From: Octopus vulgaris
Taxonomy: Eukaryota
Reading direction: 5' to 3'
Assembly: GCA_951406725.2 (NCBI GenBank)
Contig: OX597815.1
Span: forward strand, 187,736,001 to 187,800,000
Length of the DNA stretch: 64,000 nt
The notes under the pieces are model-generated. The model ran no database searches. It saw nothing but the letters and a program-made list of their open reading frames with translations, and was not told where the DNA came from. Shown here piece after piece: positions 51,048-63,603 of this stretch (position 1 is its first letter; each line of letters begins with the position of its first letter). Both the position numbers and the translations under genes were made by a program.

Positions 51048-51328
51048 CAGTGGCAGACTAGCCAAGTTGCCAGCTTGCCTGATGGCAAGTGGGCCCCTGT
51101 GCCATTAGAATCCATATATGTAAGTCCATGTTAGTCTCTAAGGGACCCATCAAGTTTGAAAATTTTTTATTCACTCCTGGAAGAATACATTATTTCAGCT
51201 TGGCTGTGTTTGTAGACAGTTGAAAAGAATACTTGTAACAACAACAACAAAAATTTAAAGCATTGTAGTTGCAGGTGAGCTCCCTTAGTCTCCTGGCAAC
51301 CAATATTTTTAGACCTAGTCCACTGCTG
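51048..51328 (-). mobile_element. hAT-type MITE, copy 2
   Basis: Reverse complement of 29126-29417; degenerate TSD accctcgg / cccctctg. Confidence 0.88.
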
Positions 51329-51548
51329 CCCCTCTGTCCCATGTTTTTGAGGATATACCTTTCAAGCTAAGATGATTCCTTTATTGTAGTCTTTCTTTGA
51401 TTAGCTTATCCTGTAACATATAAACTTTCATTATTCTTTACTGCTCTGTCTTCTTCATTTTCATCACAGCTTTCTTTAAAAAACACTGTTGTACCAGTGA
51501 ATTGGATGTTTTACATACCTTTGAAGGAATTGTTTTTACCTTCATTTG

Positions 51549-51585
<37 letters not shown>

Positions 51586-51729
51586 ATATTTGCCATATGA
51601 ACTATGACGAAAAATATGAGAAAGATATGGTAGATAATTTTGTTTTTTGTGTGCAGGGGTCCTTGAGACATGTAATTTTTTTTTAAGGGTTATACAAGGG
51701 TAAAAAGGTTGAGAAGCACTGCTCTAATG

Positions 51730-52000
51730 TGTAGCAAATGTGTTGGAGTTTTACAGATGACTAAGTCGATCTGTCCCCACTGGAGGAGATTTTTAAGTCC
51801 CTGTTCATCAAAGAGTGAAATCCTGATGGGAGATATCTGGATTGCTGTTGGATGTCTCGTGTGAAGGAAGCTGAGCATGTATGAGGACTGTATTTCCATG
51901 TGAGTGCTTACTGCAGAATGAACTGCAGCAAAATCATTAATATAGAGAAAAAAGACTACACTGGGAAGACATAATCCAGCTACACTGAAGTTGATAGAAG
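51730..52000 (-). pseudogene. Degenerate LINE RT fragment
   Basis: LPSVVFFLYINDF...LKNLLQWGQIDLV resembles LSP.LF.L.INDL...DL..I.QWG..NLV. Confidence 0.5.
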
Positions 52001-52004
52001 GAGC

Positions 52005-52162
52005 AGGAATGGTTCCATAACTAACATGTTTGCCTCCCAACCATGTGGTTTCAGGTTCAGTCCCACTGCATGGAACCTTGGACAAGTGTCTTCTATGTTA
52101 GTCCTGGACCAATTGAAGCCTTGTGAGTGGATTTTCTTGACTGAAACTGAAAGGAGCCTGTC
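52005..52162 (+). mobile_element. SINE family A, head
   Basis: caaccatgtggtttcaggttcagtcccactgc...gaaactgaaa. Confidence 0.8.
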
Positions 52163-52280
52163 ATAATTATAAATACATTATAATTATAAATAATTATAAA
52201 TATATATAATTATAATTATAAATATATATATACATAATTATAAAGATATATATATATATATTTATTAGAGAAGTGAATGG

Positions 52281-52440
52281 TGAGTTAATGGTTAATAATT
52301 AATTCATTAACTTATTCATAATCATTCCCACAATTACAAATTTATTTCATAAATTTAGAATTTATTAATTGAGTATTAATTGAAACAATTATAGGAATGA
52401 TTATCAATAAGTTAATAAATTAATTATTAACCATTAACTC
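52281..52440. repeat. AT-rich inverted repeat with ~55-bp arms
   Basis: gagttaatggttaataattaatt...ataatcattcc / ggaatgattat...aattaattattaaccattaactc. Confidence 0.85.
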
Positions 52441-52617
52441 TCTATTTTTTTTCTCTAAATTGAATATAAATTATATGCTTAATAATACACTTATTTATTT
52501 TAGGAAAATTTTTTCCCAATAATATAAGGTATAAAACCTCTGTAATCTTGGATGTAATCATCCCTTCAAGAGGTTAATATATCCTCACATTAACTTTATA
52601 TATATATATACATACAT

Positions 52618-52653
<36 letters not shown>

Positions 52654-52659
52654 TCAAAA

Positions 52660-52858
52660 TGTGACTGTGTGTGTACTGTTGGCGATTTTTTTCTCTGTCT
52701 TCCCTTCTTTGGATCTTTCCTTTTCCTATGTTTCTGACGAAGAGCTCCGCTCGAAACGTTAAACCCTCCTTCTTTCCTGAGCGTCCAATAACACTATACT
52801 TGTTCCACGTCCTCGCGTTGTTGTGTTTTCTCTTTGTGTTTTCATGTTTGGATTAACT
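52660..52858 (+). mobile_element. (TA)n-flanked pLTR-like module
   Basis: Family shared with 32110, 53748 and 61083. Confidence 0.8.
52730..52764 (+). ncRNA. Minimal hammerhead fold with intact core
   Basis: gttt-CTGACGA-a-gagc-tcc-gctc-GAAA-c-gt-t-aaac; palindromic aacgtt in place of stem III. Confidence 0.7.
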
Positions 52859-53156
52859 ATATATATATATATATATGATGGCCATCCACCCGTAACCGAG
52901 GAAGACCATTGCTGACCTTCAGGAACATTGTGTGCCCTTGAATATAGGGGAAAAAAAAAAAAAATGTAGCACATATCGAGCAGAGGTTAGAAATGCCTGT
53001 GCAGAGTTTTAGGTCCAATAAGGCTTGTCTGACACCTCATAGATGCTCTCCACTCTATTGACATTTTCCAGAGAGAAGCCAGAGCAAGATGTTTGGTGCC
53101 AATATGAGTTGCAGGTTCAGGGATGTGGGAGTGTCATGATCTCTAGCACAAACATC

Positions 53157-53349
53157 CCCCACAACATTGCTTGACAACCGATGCTGGTGTGTTTACATCC
53201 CCATCACTTAGTGGTTCGGCAAAAGTGAGTGATAGAATAAGTACTAGACTTACAAAGAATAAGTCCTGGGGTTGATTTGCTCGACTAAAGGCGGTGCTCC
53301 AGCATGGCCACAGTGAAATGACTGAAACAAGTAAAAGAGTGAAAAGAGA
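53157..53349 (+). mobile_element. SINE family A, 3' half
   Basis: Matches the family A body and tail. Confidence 0.88.
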
Positions 53350-53656
53350 GTATTCTGTATTTTGTGTTGCAATATCTTTTGATACATTGAAAATTGAAAT
53401 CATAACACGAGATGCAGTATTGATGGCAGATCTCAAAATGCTGAGCCTTACAAAGGAGATGACAGAGGACTAAGGTATGTAGCACATTGCTTTACTCAAG
53501 AAAGCCTGCCCACCACAACAGAATTGATATCCTAAAACTAAGGTGCAATATAAAAAAACCCTTGGTGTGACTTCTGGTGCCATATAAAAAGCACTGGCGC
53601 TGGTGTCACATAAAAAAAAAACACTCGGGTTGATGAAATTGATTTGCACCCACCTC

Positions 53657-53841
53657 TAATCATCCCTTCAAGAGGTTAATATATCCTCACATTAACTTTA
53701 TATATATATATATATATATATACATACATACATACATATATATTCAAAATGTGACCGTGTGTGTACTGTTGGCAATTTTTTTCCTCTGTCTTCCCTTCTT
53801 TGGATCTTTCCTTTTCCTATGTTTCTGACGAAGAGCTCCGC
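53657..53841 (+). repeat. Duplicate of 52555-52750, truncated inside the hammerhead
   Basis: taatcatcccttcaagagg...aactt(TA)n...caaaatgtgac...ctgacgaagagctccgc. Confidence 0.9.
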
Positions 53842-53924
53842 ATATTCGAAACCAATATTTGATGGTTGGAGGTTTTATACTATTTCTCATACTTATGACA
53901 GCCATGCATTGGTTCTTTCCTTTT

Positions 53925-54140
53925 TTATGTAAAAAGCACATGTGCTGTGCCGTATAAAAAGCATATTTGCTGGTGCCACGTAAAAAGCACCCAGTACTCT
54001 GTAAAGAGGTTGGTGTTAAGAAGGGCATCCATCTATAGAAACCTTGCCAAAACAGACAATGGAGTCCAGTGTAACTCTCTGGCTTGTCACCTCTGGTCAC
54101 CCCATGCCAGCATAGAAAATGGATGTTAGACAATGATGAT
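53925..54140 (+). mobile_element. SINE-like family B (diverged)
   Basis: cgtaaaaagcaccc...aagggcatcc...cccatgccagcat. Confidence 0.7.
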
Positions 54141-57039
54141 AAAGATAACGATGATGTATTTAATAATGAAAATGCTGAGGTAAAATACATATTAATGTTA
54201 GTAATATAGAAATGAATAGTTAAGTGTATTTCGATTTTGGATTTGGTTTGCAAGATTCTTTATATGAGTACGTGTGTTGAAGCATATTCTGTTGTGTCTG
54301 GGGAGAGTCATTTTCTTTTTGTGCCTTATAATGTAACACACTCACCGGTAAAATTTCCACTTTTTTCGTATTTCTATTTTCCTAAAATTTTCATTGCGTC
54401 TTGCAACCTTTTCAATAGTTTTGACTCTAAGTGTAATCTTTTGAAAATTTAATGCAATAGATTTACATACAGATCTTAGCAATCAGATCTGTTATTTAAA
54501 ATTTTAACATTTGACGATTGAAACGACCAATATTTCAAAAGCCTGTAAATGTATATCTTATTTCAGCAACCTCAGCAATTTTCACAGAAAATTTTATTGT
54601 CATCTGAAAACTAATGTATTTCTGATGCTTTTATTTACGAATTTTTACCATTCCATTAAACCTTCTGTAGCAGTATTACTAATAACAATTCACTTCCTAA
54701 GCATTTCAATTAATCTTTCAAATAATCAAGAATTTGGTTAGATTTAGTAAAATACTTAACTATCTCATTATTTTGTTGTTTAGAACATATCTTAAGTAAT
54801 TATGTAAAAAAAACCCAAGATTTTAATTTGAATATCAATCAACACTTTAAAATAACATAGAATGAGAGGCAGCCTCAAGTAGGTTTGTGTAAAACAAAAA
54901 ACAAAGAAAATAGTAAATATATATTTTGAATATTCGTTAGTTCAAAGATGGAGCATTATAAGTAATAGTTGATGGAATCATAAAATGTTATAAATAACAT
55001 TTTTTGTCAATTACTATTTTAATGTTATCAATTACTAATTTTATGGTGTTATTAAATATTTCGTTTTGTTGGAATTAATTTAGTTCTCACTTTGATATTA
55101 TTTCAGTAGTTCCTGAAAGTACCTAATTTTTATATCGTTCAAAGTAAACGCAAAGTTATATTTCAGCTTATGTCTTTTAAATTCTAAAAACTATGTAAAT
55201 TATTGCAGTCATGAAACAAAAATCATGATGCTTTTTTTTTTTTTGGCTCCTTCTGTTACTTCTCCTTGTTGACCTCCTAATCATCATCATCATCGTCATC
55301 GTCAACTGCAGAAGTATCATCAACGAAAACTTTTCTCATTTATGTTAGATAAAATGCATTAAAATCAATGCCAACTTGTGGAACCAGAATAACAATTATG
55401 ACAGTAATTATAATATTTATGATTTTTTTTTCTCTTAAACAATAATTATAATATTAATGCCAAGTTGCTTAGCATAATGATTCTCCTATAAAACTGAACA
55501 TTGATATTTTCTCATAAATATAAATAAGTTACATAAAGTACATTAAAAAAAATGATATTGACTTAGATTTCCTTTATTAAATATCAATTTAAAACAAAAA
55601 TTAACACATTAAGTGTACATAAATGCAATTGAATTTCATACAAATTTTAAGTGGCAAAATTACTGCTTTTACATCAATTTGAATCATGTGAAGTTATTAA
55701 AATTATAATTGTTTTTCATTCATTAACTGCCCGGAATATACAGAAAGAAATAATTAGAGGTTTGGATTAGCTTGAAGAGATTGCTATTTTCCTTAAATGC
55801 TAATGAGATATGTGATAACTAGAAAATGTAATCAGAATATTTAGAAGTGAACAATAATACCACAAATAAAAGCCAGAAGATATTTCTTAATCTGATGAGA
55901 TTAGAGAGAGAAAGGAAGAGAGAGAGAGAAGAATTTGGAAGTGAATAGTGTCAGCGTTCTCTTCCTCATCATAATTGGTTTAACATCTTGTGCTGACATA
56001 AGTTGGTTCCTAAAACACCCTTTCTGCATTATTAGAAAGGCATTTCCAAATTCATTCTCCTTCTAATATTTATCAAAGTCTATTGGTTAGTTGTCTTCAG
56101 CTTAGCAACCTCCCATAGTAATAATTAATTCCTGTTTACATGGATCCTGTTAGGGAAGGTTTGCTCTATCTACCTTATTAGCTAATTGAATCACGTCTGA
56201 AATAATTTATGTGAATAGCTGATGGAATTCTAGGATATGACCTTTGTTGAGGTCAGTGTTGTCTGACAGCTTCTTAAAGACATACATCTTTCTCCTTTTA
56301 TCTGTGGATTATAGAAGCCAAACCAGACGCCTTAAATTTGGTCTCATATGGCAGTTATTTCCCCATTGCAATTGATTTGGTGATTATTTTTTTTTTTGTA
56401 CATTTTCTGCAATAATCTAATCTCATTGAAATGTTGTCTGGAAATGAAGACATCACGTTTGAGATGTAGCTACACCTTAGTCAAAAAGAGTCTTGGGAAA
56501 AGGTTCTTCTTCAGTTCCATTGATGGTGTAGGTTTGTTTTCTTTTACTAGATACAGTGTTATGTGGAACATCAGTGACTCATCAATGAACTCACCTGGAC
56601 CTTGCCTTCATTAGTAACTTCATTTGTAACTCAACTCTTTATTAAATAAGAATTGTTTGCATTGTTTAAATGTAAACACAATTATTTTTCACAATCAAGG
56701 TTAATTAAATTCAGTTTTCAGTTTATTTAAATTTTGTATAATTTTGCTGAACTCATTGTTTTCCAGTGTTCAATGTCTTAAAGTCATTAACAAAAAGCTT
56801 TCACATACTTTCAGTTAATAATTTCATGTCATTTCTGAAAATAAGAAACAAAATTGAGCCAAACAAAGAATATCACAACTATCAACCATCAATACAATTT
56901 AAAAAACAAAATTACTCCCACCACGTTTCTTTAACAGAATTAATTAAAAACTCCCCACCCTCAAAACTGGTGCTCTGTTGGTTATGACAATGAGTGTTCT
57001 GATTGATCTGATCAATGGAACATTATCATCATTGACCTC

Positions 57040-57270
57040 GCTTGAATCTTTTACACATGCCACCGGCACAGGTGCCAGTAAGGCGATGCTGGTAACGATC
57101 ACGCTCAGATGGTGCCTTTTACGTGCCACTGGCACGGAGGCCAGATAACCGCTCTGGCAATGATCACGCTCAGATGGTGCTCTTAATACCCTACTAGCAT
57201 GGGGCTCGAGTGCCAGTAAGGCGACACTGGTAACAATCACGCTCGAATGGTGCCTTTTAGGTACGTGCCA
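57040..57270 (-). repeat. Family-B-type tandem units
   Basis: atcacgctc.gatggtgc occurs three times with cgtgccac hairpin halves. Confidence 0.75.
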
Positions 57271-57284
57271 GGAATTGAGTGCTC

Positions 57285-57510
57285 CATAAACACATGTATC
57301 CTGTAACAGAGTTCTCAGGGAGATTCAGTGTGACATGGAATGTGACAGAGCTGACCCTTTGAAATACAGGACAACACACTTTTGTCAGCTGAATGGACTG
57401 GAACAACCTGAAATGAAGTGTCTTGCTCAAGGATGCAATTCACCATTGAGTATTGAACTCATGGCCTTATGATCATGAGCTAGATACCTCAACCATTCAG
57501 CCACATGCCT
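57285..57510 (-). mobile_element. Old CORE-like SINE (family E)
   Basis: Minus strand ggcatgtggctgaatggttg...gagttcaatac...ccttgagcaagacactt. Confidence 0.65.
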
Positions 57511-58203
57511 TTCAGTGAAATTACTGACATGCTAATTAACAGACTTGATAGATATTTGAAAAGCATTTTTAAATATGAAAAAAGATATTTTATGAACCAA
57601 CATATGATGGTACAGGGAGTTAAAGAAATTACACATCTTGGGCTCAAAGAATCTTCAAAAGTCTTTACTTAGAAACAAAATAAAATGTTTTGACGTGTTT
57701 AGAATGTACACCAAATGCAGTCCAGGGTTCTAAAGAATGAAGTAACTTTTAGCATTTTGTTTTCATGTGGTGCAGAATAATGTGATCTTCGTTTAACAAA
57801 CAGAATATTACTAGCACTATGGCTAACAATGATCTTTCTGATGATAGACTCTGATACTTTCACAAGGCCGGCATCAAACTGATTCAGTTAATGGCTTCGC
57901 TGAAGACTTAAACCTCTTCTTGTTCAATGCATTAACACAGAAATCTTTCCTTTCAGCCCATCAAATTTACTTTGGTTGGGTTACATATCTTAAAAGGCGT
58001 TCTAAGATTTTCTTCATTCTAAATTTCCAGCAAGCTCTTTCTAATTTTTGTTGAGCTAATCTTATTTTAATTTAGTTAATCATATTCTAATTTAGCTAAT
58101 TTTATTTTGAAGTTAAGAAAACCTGTTCCCTATTGTTTTACATTCTTTTTTTTTTTTATCGTTGATAAAATTAGGGACCCAGCAACAACTCTGATGTAAT
58201 ATT

Positions 58204-58626
58204 CTTTTCTACTCTAATCACAAGGCCTGAAATTTTTGGGGAGGGTGTCAGTCGATTAGATCGACCCCAGTACGCAACTGGTATTTAATTTATCGAACCT
58301 GGAAAAATAAAAGGCAAAGTCAACCTCAGCGGAATTTGAACTCAGAACAGATGAAATGCCACTAAGCATTTCACCTGATGTGCTAACGTTTCTTATTTCT
58401 TTATTGCCCACAAGGGGCTAAAAATAGAGGGAACAAACAAGGATAGACAAAGGGATTAAATCGAGTATATTGGCCCCAGTGTGTAACTGGTACTTAATTT
58501 ATCGACCCCGAAAGGATGAAAGGCAAAGTGTACCTCAGCGGAATTTGAACTCAGAACGTAGTGGCAGATGAAATACCATGAAGCCTTTCGCCCAGCGTGC
58601 TAATGTTTCTGCCAGCTCACTGCCTT
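58204..58626 (-). mobile_element. SINE family C heterodimer
   Basis: Two units with different tails under one 15-bp TSD ctctgatgtaatatt (58189 and 58627). Confidence 0.9.
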
Positions 58627-59490
58627 CTCTGATGTAATATTTGTGCAAAAAAGAAAAATTCATACACAAGAATGATTCCCAGTAAAACCTTGAAAGCATT
58701 TCAGATTGATTTCATGATAAATTCTTCATATTCAGTCATAACATCTATCAACAAATACAAGATCAATGTCCTTCTACTCGCTTACATGTACTTTAGTAAA
58801 ATTTTCTTCGCCTGTTTGTTACTTGCTAAATATTAAAGGAATGTCAAGGTAATTGTTGGAAGATAAAAATATCAATTCAGAAATTCCATTGACAAACTTT
58901 GTTTAAAGGGAGAAACTGATATCAAATTCATGTCTGAATTTGCTTTACAATTAAAAAAAAAAATTGCTACTGATCTTTTGAATTTCCAGATGAATAACTT
59001 GCTTTTATTGTTTTTTTCAATGGAATATATTATATAAAAATCACTGTTCAGTCACCTCTTAATGACTGTATTCCTTTGGGAATTCATTCAGCTGAGGAAA
59101 TTTTGTGTAGTCAAACATCTATATGAGCTGTCTCCACTGTAACTCTGCTTTATTTAAAAAAATACAATTTGGAGGTCATTTGTCACTATTAATAGTGGTT
59201 CAGTGGCATATTTTGAACATGTGACAAAAAGCAGATGTATGATTGCATAATACTAAAGCCTGATTAACACTCATGCAGTTTCAGGTTCCATGCTGTGTGG
59301 CACCTTCAACAACTGTCTTCATTATAGATGGGGCTGGCTAACCCCTGTGAGTGAAATTTGGTAGAATGAAAATTGAATGAAAGCCTGCTACACACGTGCA
59401 CACATTCACACACTGTTTTTACAACCATTTACATCCTCAGTCAATGCTACACCACCAGACCAATGATCTAACAAGAATACTCTTGTTTAT

Positions 59491-60107
59491 TCCTTTAGTA
59501 TTCAGATTTCTCTGTCAAAAGTAATATTTGTTATTCACATAGTTTTGAATTAATCATGCAATATCTCATAGCTTGAAGATTTTGATGTGATTGTTTCTTT
59601 TTAGAATGACATTGTAGGGCAGGTGTGAGAGGTTAGATCTGGCCAGTTTGAACATAAAACATGTGGAATATTTTGGCCAGATATCTCTCTCTTTTACTTG
59701 TTTCAGTCATTTGACTGTGGCTATGCTGGAGCACCACCTTTTAATCAAGCAAATCAACCCCAGGACTTACTCTTTGTAAGCCTAGTACTTATTCTATCAG
59801 TCTCTTTTGCCAAACCGTTAAGTTATGGGGATGTAAACACACCAGCATTGGTTGTCAAGCGATGTTGGGGGGACAAACGCAGACACAAAAATATATATAC
59901 ACACACACATACGTATATACAACGGGCTTCTTTCAGTTTGTGTCTACCAAATCTACTCACAAGGCTTTGGTCGGCCCGAGGCTATAGTAGAAGACACTTG
60001 CCCAAGGTGCCACACAGTGGGACTGAACCCGGAATCATGTGGTTAGTAAGCAAGCTACTTACCACACAGCCACTCCTACGGATATGGTCGGTTTAAATGC
60101 TAAAAGG
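59491..60107. mobile_element. piggyBac-like MITE interrupted by a family A SINE
   Basis: Ends cctttagtattca / taaatgctaaaagg; similar to 8311-8466. Confidence 0.55.
59686..60079 (-). mobile_element. SINE family A
   Basis: Matches family A; short gatat duplication at the flanks. Confidence 0.9.
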
Positions 60108-60395
60108 TTATAGAAATCAGTAAAGAAGTTAGTTGCTGATGCATGTTGATATTTACCAAAGAGATATAATGATTCCTGAGGTGTATGCAGAACTGTGAGA
60201 ATACAAACAGCAATGTAACTATGCATTCCCAATCCTTTCTGGCTGATTCAAATATGTATATATGATCACTGTTATTTTCAGTCATCAGAGAACCTCTCTT
60301 CCTTTTAGATGAAATACATTCATAACACAATCTACCAGTTGATGTAGACTTTGTGGCACCGTGATGTTTCAACCTTATTGTGTCTCTTCAGTTAA

Positions 60396-60616
60396 CCATT
60401 TCGTTACCAACCCGGCTGAAACCAGCTCTGGCTCTGAGTACAAATGTCTTGTTTTCATAAGTTTTAAATTAAAATCTTCCATCAAACCTTAGCCACAATT
60501 CATGTTCCTAACATTAGCTTCATGATAACTAAGTTATTGTACTAAATTCTTTGTTATATCTAAAATTAATTGAAAGAAACACAGAGCACCTCAAAATAAA
60601 TACAGTTATGAAAGGG
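60396..60616. mobile_element. piggyBac-like MITE
   Basis: TTAA on both sides; TIR ccatttcgttac / gttatgaaaggg. Confidence 0.7.
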
Positions 60617-60851
60617 TTAAAGATATCTAACCGGACTGATGAATCTCAGAAGGCTCTTGTATAAAGAAATCTGCAAACAAAATATTTGTAGATGCATGTT
60701 GATGCTTACCAAACAAATAATAATTCAGTCTATGAAACCAGTGTCTTACAATAAGAATGACTTGGACTATGACAACCCCTCTGACTCATGCCAGTATAGA
60801 AAGCAGACAAAAAAGGATGATGATGATGAGGAGGAGGAGGATGTATAAATA

Positions 60852-61068
60852 TTAGGGGTTACTGAAAAGTCCCTGGCTTTAAGAGTATTATAAAAAGCCT
60901 GGTTGGAGAACCAACCTTCTGAGATTTTTTATAGGGCTTAAAGAAACTGAAGGACTGCTGTAATAAGTGTGTGAATCTGAGAGGGGGATATATTGTATAA
61001 AATCATAATTAATAAAACCTCCTTTATTTTCTTTTACCCAAAGCCAGGAACTTTTCAGCACTCCCTTG
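60852..61068. mobile_element. mariner-type MITE
   Basis: TIR aggggttactgaaaagtccctggcttt / aaagccaggaacttttcagcactccct. Confidence 0.8.
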
Positions 61069-61082
61069 TATGTATATATATA

Positions 61083-61259
61083 TTTTTTTCCTCCGTCTTC
61101 CTTTCTCTGGATCTTTCCTTTTCCTATGTTTCTGACGAAGAGCTCCGCTCGAAACATTAAACCCTCCTTCTTCCCTTCCATCCTGAGCGTCCAATAATAC
61201 TATACTTGTTCCACGTCCTCGCGTTGTTGTGTTTTCTCTTTGTGTTTTCATGTTTGGAT

Positions 61260-61264
<5 letters not shown>
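61083..61264 (+). mobile_element. (TA)n-flanked pLTR-like module with minimal hammerhead (61128-61162)
   Basis: gttt-CTGACGA-agagctccgctc-GAAA-c-at-t-aaac; one G to A change in the palindrome. Confidence 0.78.
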
Positions 61265-61290
<26 letters not shown>

Positions 61291-62351
61291 CATCATCATC
61301 ATCATCAACGGACATTAAATGATGATGATATATTATGTGGTAAGGCCTCAACAAGAAGAAAAGTTCTTGATCAGCTAAGAGAATAAAGATAATATAATAA
61401 AAACCACAATTCTTGTTAAGTACGGCTACTCAGGGTTTTCTGGTTGAAATAATAATTTATTTCACCATTTTGTCATGATGAGAACAGGACTGTTTATCTG
61501 TTGTCTTTTGAGCAGATGATGTTTAAACAAGAGAAGCTGGTAAGGAAGAAGACATGGAAAATAAAAAAAAAAGCACAAGGGAGATAATCAATGCTACAAT
61601 AATTCAATGTCGAACAGATGTAAACAAGAGAGTAACAGTTTACTAAGTGTCTGGTGGTCTGCTATTAAATTCTGACATGAGGTGTTTCTTGAGATGCAGA
61701 CATACAACAAAAATTTAATTCCTGGAATTTATGTATTCATTGGAGGTTCTCGAGTTCTTTAAGAGATACACTTTTTCAAGAGAACGTACTGAACATTTTC
61801 TTGGACTGTTAATATAGGGTCTGGTTTTGGAGAAGATTTTCCTTTCATGTTGAAACTAGTTCCTTCATCTTTAAGTTTCCAGATTAAAGCCAAAAGGGTC
61901 TCTTATCACTGTGCCTGAAATTCAAGAGATGGTTGTTATAAATTTTCCTTCTATGCAGCTCTGTTGTGTGACTTTTAGACACCCCCTGAAACTTTTTGTT
62001 TCGAGGCCCCATCCCTTCAATCAAAATTCATTATCTACACATCTTTTTATTCATAGCTGTATTTTACTTTCTTCCATCTGAAGTTCAGTGTTTCACGTTA
62101 TCCTAAATAACATCTTTAAAAGTACAAGTTAAATTTATTTAGGTCTGTTACAAATTTCAATAAGTAAAAACCTCCAGACATGAATAAAAGAGCATTTTTA
62201 TAATCCAGAAAACTTTCAAAGACAAACACGGCACACTTTTTGCTTTGCGAAATCATTGTTCAGTTCAGAATAATCAGGCTGAGAGCTAAGTTCACATTCA
62301 ATAGATATCATAGACAATCCACAAAGTCTGGTACTCGTTCATGGTACAATA

Positions 62352-62760
62352 CTCTTTACTCTTTTACTCTTTTACTTGTTTCAGTCATTTGACTGCAGCC
62401 ATGCTGGAGCACCGCCTTTAATCGAGCAACTCGACCCCGGGACTTATTCTTTTGTAAGCCCAGTACTTATTCTATCGGTCTCTTTTGCCGAACCGCTAAG
62501 TAATGGGGACATAAACACACCAGCATCGGTTGTGAAGCAATGCTAGGGGGACAAACACAGACGCACAAACACACACACGCATATATATATATATACATAT
62601 ATACGACGGGCTTCTTTCAGTTTCCGTCTACCAAATCCACTCACAAGGCTTTGGTCGGCCCGAGACTATAGTAGAAGACACTTGCCCAAGGTGCCACGCA
62701 GTGGGACTGAACCCGGAACCATGTGGTTGGTAAACAAGCTACTTACCACACAGCCACTCC
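62352..62760 (-). mobile_element. SINE family A, young full-length copy
   Basis: CpG-retaining close match to other family A copies. Confidence 0.93.
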
Positions 62761-63149
62761 TTTGCAGGTACAATGTATTACCATTTTATTTCTTGAAATT
62801 TTCACTTAACATAACTAGTTTAATTCTTATTCCCCATCTTAAACAAAATAAATAGATAACTTATCTACGTACTTTGATGTTAATACGGGGTGCCTCGACC
62901 ACAGAGACTCCCTGCGAAGACAGAGCTTGCAGGGGCTTAGTGACAGCCCTGCTCGTATGGCTATTATTAAGGTGATGCATTGGGAGAATCGGTAAAGCTT
63001 CAGAAAAATTGCCTTGCAGCATCTTGCTGTATAACTCTATGTTCTGGTTTCAAAACCTGTTGTGGTCTAATTTGTTTTTAATCCTACTGTGTTGATAAAG
63101 TACCACTGAAGGACTAAAACTGATGCAGTCAATCTTAGTACTGAATTGA

Positions 63150-63603
63150 TGTCTCCTGTGCTGGTGGCACATAAAAAGCACCATCTGAATGTGGCTGATG
63201 CCAGGTCCGCCTGACTGGCTCCTGTGCCAGTGACATGTAAAAAGCACCATCCAAATGTGGCTGATGCTTGTACCCCCAGACAGGCTCCTGTGCTGGTGAC
63301 ATGTAAAAAGCACCATCCAAACATGGCCGATACCAGTACCCCCAGACTGGCTCCTGTGCCAGTGGCATGTAAAAAGCACCATCTGAATGTAATCAATGCC
63401 AGGCCCACCTGACTGACTCCTGTGCCGGTGGCACGTAAAAAACACCCACTGCACACTTGGAGTGGTCGGCATTAGGAAGGGCATCCAGCTGTGGAAACAT
63501 TGCTTGATCAGATTGGAGCCTGGTGCAGCTGCTGGCATTCCAGACCTCAGTCAAACCGTCCAACCCATGCCAGCATGGAAAATGGGCGTTAAATGATGAT
63601 GAT
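63150..63603 (+). mobile_element. SINE-like family B with five 66-bp units
   Basis: gtg(g/a)ca..taaaaa.cacc at ~63163, 63229, 63295, 63361 and 63427; (GAT)n tail. Confidence 0.9.

Noticed and set aside
61380-62340. Possible LINE endonuclease remnant
   Set aside because: No motif could be read with confidence.
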